A stretch of 64,000 nt of DNA from Vicinamibacteria bacterium. Lineage in GTDB: Bacteria > Acidobacteriota > Vicinamibacteria > Marinacidobacterales > Marinacidobacteraceae. Made by a program: the position numbers and the translations under genes. Location of the stretch: the NCBI GenBank assembly GCA_963668695.2, contig CAXXLQ010000004.1, forward strand, positions 288,001 to 352,000, in the 5' to 3' direction. This document shows, one piece after another, positions 62,140-64,000 of this stretch; position 1 is the stretch's first letter, and each line of letters starts with the position of its first letter. Under the pieces are notes generated by a model that worked only from the letters and a program-made list of their open reading frames with translations, was not told the origin of the DNA and ran no database searches.

Positions 62140-62490
62140 CGGCGAACATGGCTCGCAGTCGTCAGTTCGGGGGAAAGTGTGAAAGGGGCCCTCCCCTTTC
62201 ACAAGAAGACAACGTGAACAGGAACTCGCCGCCGCCCGCCAACAGCGGGCAAGGGAGTTGCGATTCCCGAGCCAGGAGCGGCTGGGAGTCGGGTCTCCCG
62301 ACCCCACCCCCTCCCGCTCCGGGGTCTCCGTGCGGCTCCCGCCGCACTTCGGAAGCCCGAGCCAGGAGCGGCTGGGAGTCGGGTCTCCCGACCCCACCCC
62401 CTCCCGCTCCGGGGTCTCCGTGCGGCTCCCGCCGCACTTCGGAAGCCCGGCGCGCAGCGCCGCGCGGTTCGGGCGCGGGGGGCCGAATTC
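62140..62490. repeat. Family B repeat with two tandem ~90-bp family D modules inserted
   Basis: GGGGAAAGTGTGAAAGGGG..CCCCTTTCACA, followed by an exact duplication of CCCGAGCCAGGAGCGGCTGGGAGTC...CGGAAGCCCG. Confidence 0.85.
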
Positions 62491-62497
62491 AGTACCC

Positions 62498-63436
62498 GTG
62501 GTGATCCAGCCCGTTCCCGCGGCATCCCCCCGCGCCCGGACCGCGCGACGGGCGGAGGCGGCGCTCGCGATCGTCGTTCTCGTCTGGGCGGCGAGCCCGA
62601 GCATGGTCAAGTATGGGGTGGACATGGGAAATCCCTACGCCTTCAACCTCGCGCGCCTCGTCCCGGCGTCCCTGGTCCTCCTCTTCGCCGTGGCGAGGAC
62701 CCCGGCTCTCAGGAAGTTCGAGTGGCGCGACGCCTGGTCTGTTTTCGTGTTGGGCGTCGCCGGGCATGTCGTCTTCCAGGTCGGATTCATTCACGGAACC
62801 CATGCGTCGTCGGCGACCAGTTCGGCCCTCATCCTGGCTCTGACCCCGGTGGCCATCGCGGTCCTGGCCTGGGTGACCCGGGTCGAGCGCTTCTGCCAAC
62901 CCGCCGCTATCGGGCTCATTCTCGCGATGGTCGGGATCGTCTTCATCTCCGCGGCGGAATCCAGCCTGACCGCGCACCTCGGCAATCTCGCGCTCTTCGC
63001 CGCGATGATCGGGTGGGCCGTGTACACCGTCCGGGGAAAGTCCCTCGTCCACAAGTACGGCGCCCTGCGGGTAACGGCGTGGAGTTCGGCGGTCGCATCG
63101 GTCCTGCTGCTGTTGCCCAGCCCCTTCCTCCTCACGCTCTCCGACTTCGGGCGCCCCCCCGTGGAGTGGTGGGCTGCCGCACTCTTGTCCGGGATTACCG
63201 CGATCGGTCTGGGGAACATGCTGTGGATGTACGCGACCGCGCGGGTGGGGCCCACGCTCACGGGCGTCTATTCGAGTGTCCTTCCCATACCGTCAATACT
63301 GATCTCCTGGCTGTGGCTCGGAGAGGCTCTGGAGGCCGCCCAGATCGGCGGGGCAATTCTGATCATCGCGGGGATAGCTTTCGCCCGCATACACCCGGCG
63401 TGGGCGAGTAGAGTTCCGGGTCGGGCGACGGCCTGA
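62498..63436 (+). CDS. DMT/EamA family transporter
   Basis: About 10 transmembrane helices in two EamA repeats (LTPV..AVLA, WLWLGE..QIGG). Start uncertain. Confidence 0.88.
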   Translation: MVIQPVPAASPRARTARRAEAALAIVVLVWAASPSMVKYGVDMGNPYAFNLARLVPASLVLLFAVARTPALRKFEWRDAWSVFVLGVAGHVVFQVGFIHGTHASSATSSALILALTPVAIAVLAWVTRVERFCQPAAIGLILAMVGIVFISAAESSLTAHLGNLALFAAMIGWAVYTVRGKSLVHKYGALRVTAWSSAVASVLLLLPSPFLLTLSDFGRPPVEWWAAALLSGITAIGLGNMLWMYATARVGPTLTGVYSSVLPIPSILISWLWLGEALEAAQIGGAILIIAGIAFARIHPAWASRVPGRATA

Positions 63437-63505
63437 GCAGGCCGTCAACGAAGAGTTCGGCCCACGCCGGTTGCGACGGACAGCAAGTCCGTTCAGGAGA
63501 ATGCA

Positions 63506-64000
63506 ATGAGCACGGAATTCCGACTGAAGACAGGTCTTGCCGACATGCTGAAGGGCGGCGCGATCATGGACGTCACCAACGCCGAACAGGCGCGCATTGC
63601 CGAAGACGCCGGCGCGGTGAGCGTGATGGCTCTCGAGCGGGTGCCGGCCGATATCCGCAGGGACGGCGGGGTGGCCCGGATGTCCTCCCCGGAGAAGATC
63701 CGGGAAATCATTGAAACGGTAAGCATCCCGGTGATGGCCAAGGTGCGCATCGGCCACTTCGTCGAGGCCCAGATTCTTCAGGAGATGGGGGTGGACTTCG
63801 TTGACGAGAGTGAAGTGCTGACACCGGCCGACGAAGAAAACCACATCGACAAGCACGCCTTCGAGGTGCCTTTCGTGTGCGGCTGCCGCAACCTCGGGGA
63901 GGCGCTCCGCCGGATTGGGGAAGGGGCGGCGCTCATTCGTACCAAGGGCGAAGCCGGTTCCGGCAACATCGTGGAAGCTGTCCGGCACTTGCGCCATATC
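63506..64000 (+). CDS. pdxS: Pyridoxal 5'-phosphate synthase lyase subunit (partial, runs off window end)
   Basis: Manual translation: [58 protein letters not shown]. Confidence 0.96.
   Translation, partial: MSTEFRLKTGLADMLKGGAIMDVTNAEQARIAEDAGAVSVMALERVPADIRRDGGVARMSSPEKIREIIETVSIPVMAKVRIGHFVEAQILQEMGVDFVDESEVLTPADEENHIDKHAFEVPFVCGCRNLGEALRRIGEGAALIRTKGEAGSGNIVEAVRHLRHI

Overview
GC-rich bacterial chromosomal segment, probably from an Acidobacteriota-like organism (inferred from conserved hypothetical genes and gene order). It mostly carries housekeeping and metabolic genes: two separate 2-oxoacid:ferredoxin oxidoreductase alpha/beta pairs, Ku plus an ATP-dependent ligase, clpB, kbl, an FprA-type reductase, an AbiEi/AbiEii type IV toxin-antitoxin pair, an ECF sigma/anti-sigma/RND efflux operon, a Cys/Met PLP enzyme, the tRNA Gly-Cys-Leu cluster, cysS, a partner-switching module, ribF, mazG, comEC, birA, icmF, ihfB, rpsA and pdxS. 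Intergenic space is filled with nested repeat families. The main result is an internally deleted IS110-family element (22853-23992). Its ends would join into a sigma70-like promoter, and its non-coding left end has candidate bridge-RNA guide segments. It sits exactly inside a 19-bp motif, CCCCCACCGGGAGAACTGG. About 34 copies of this motif (manual count) occur in the window, inserted at several distinct positions and in both orientations within unrelated repeats. This suggests a target site that is itself mobile or is left behind as a footprint.
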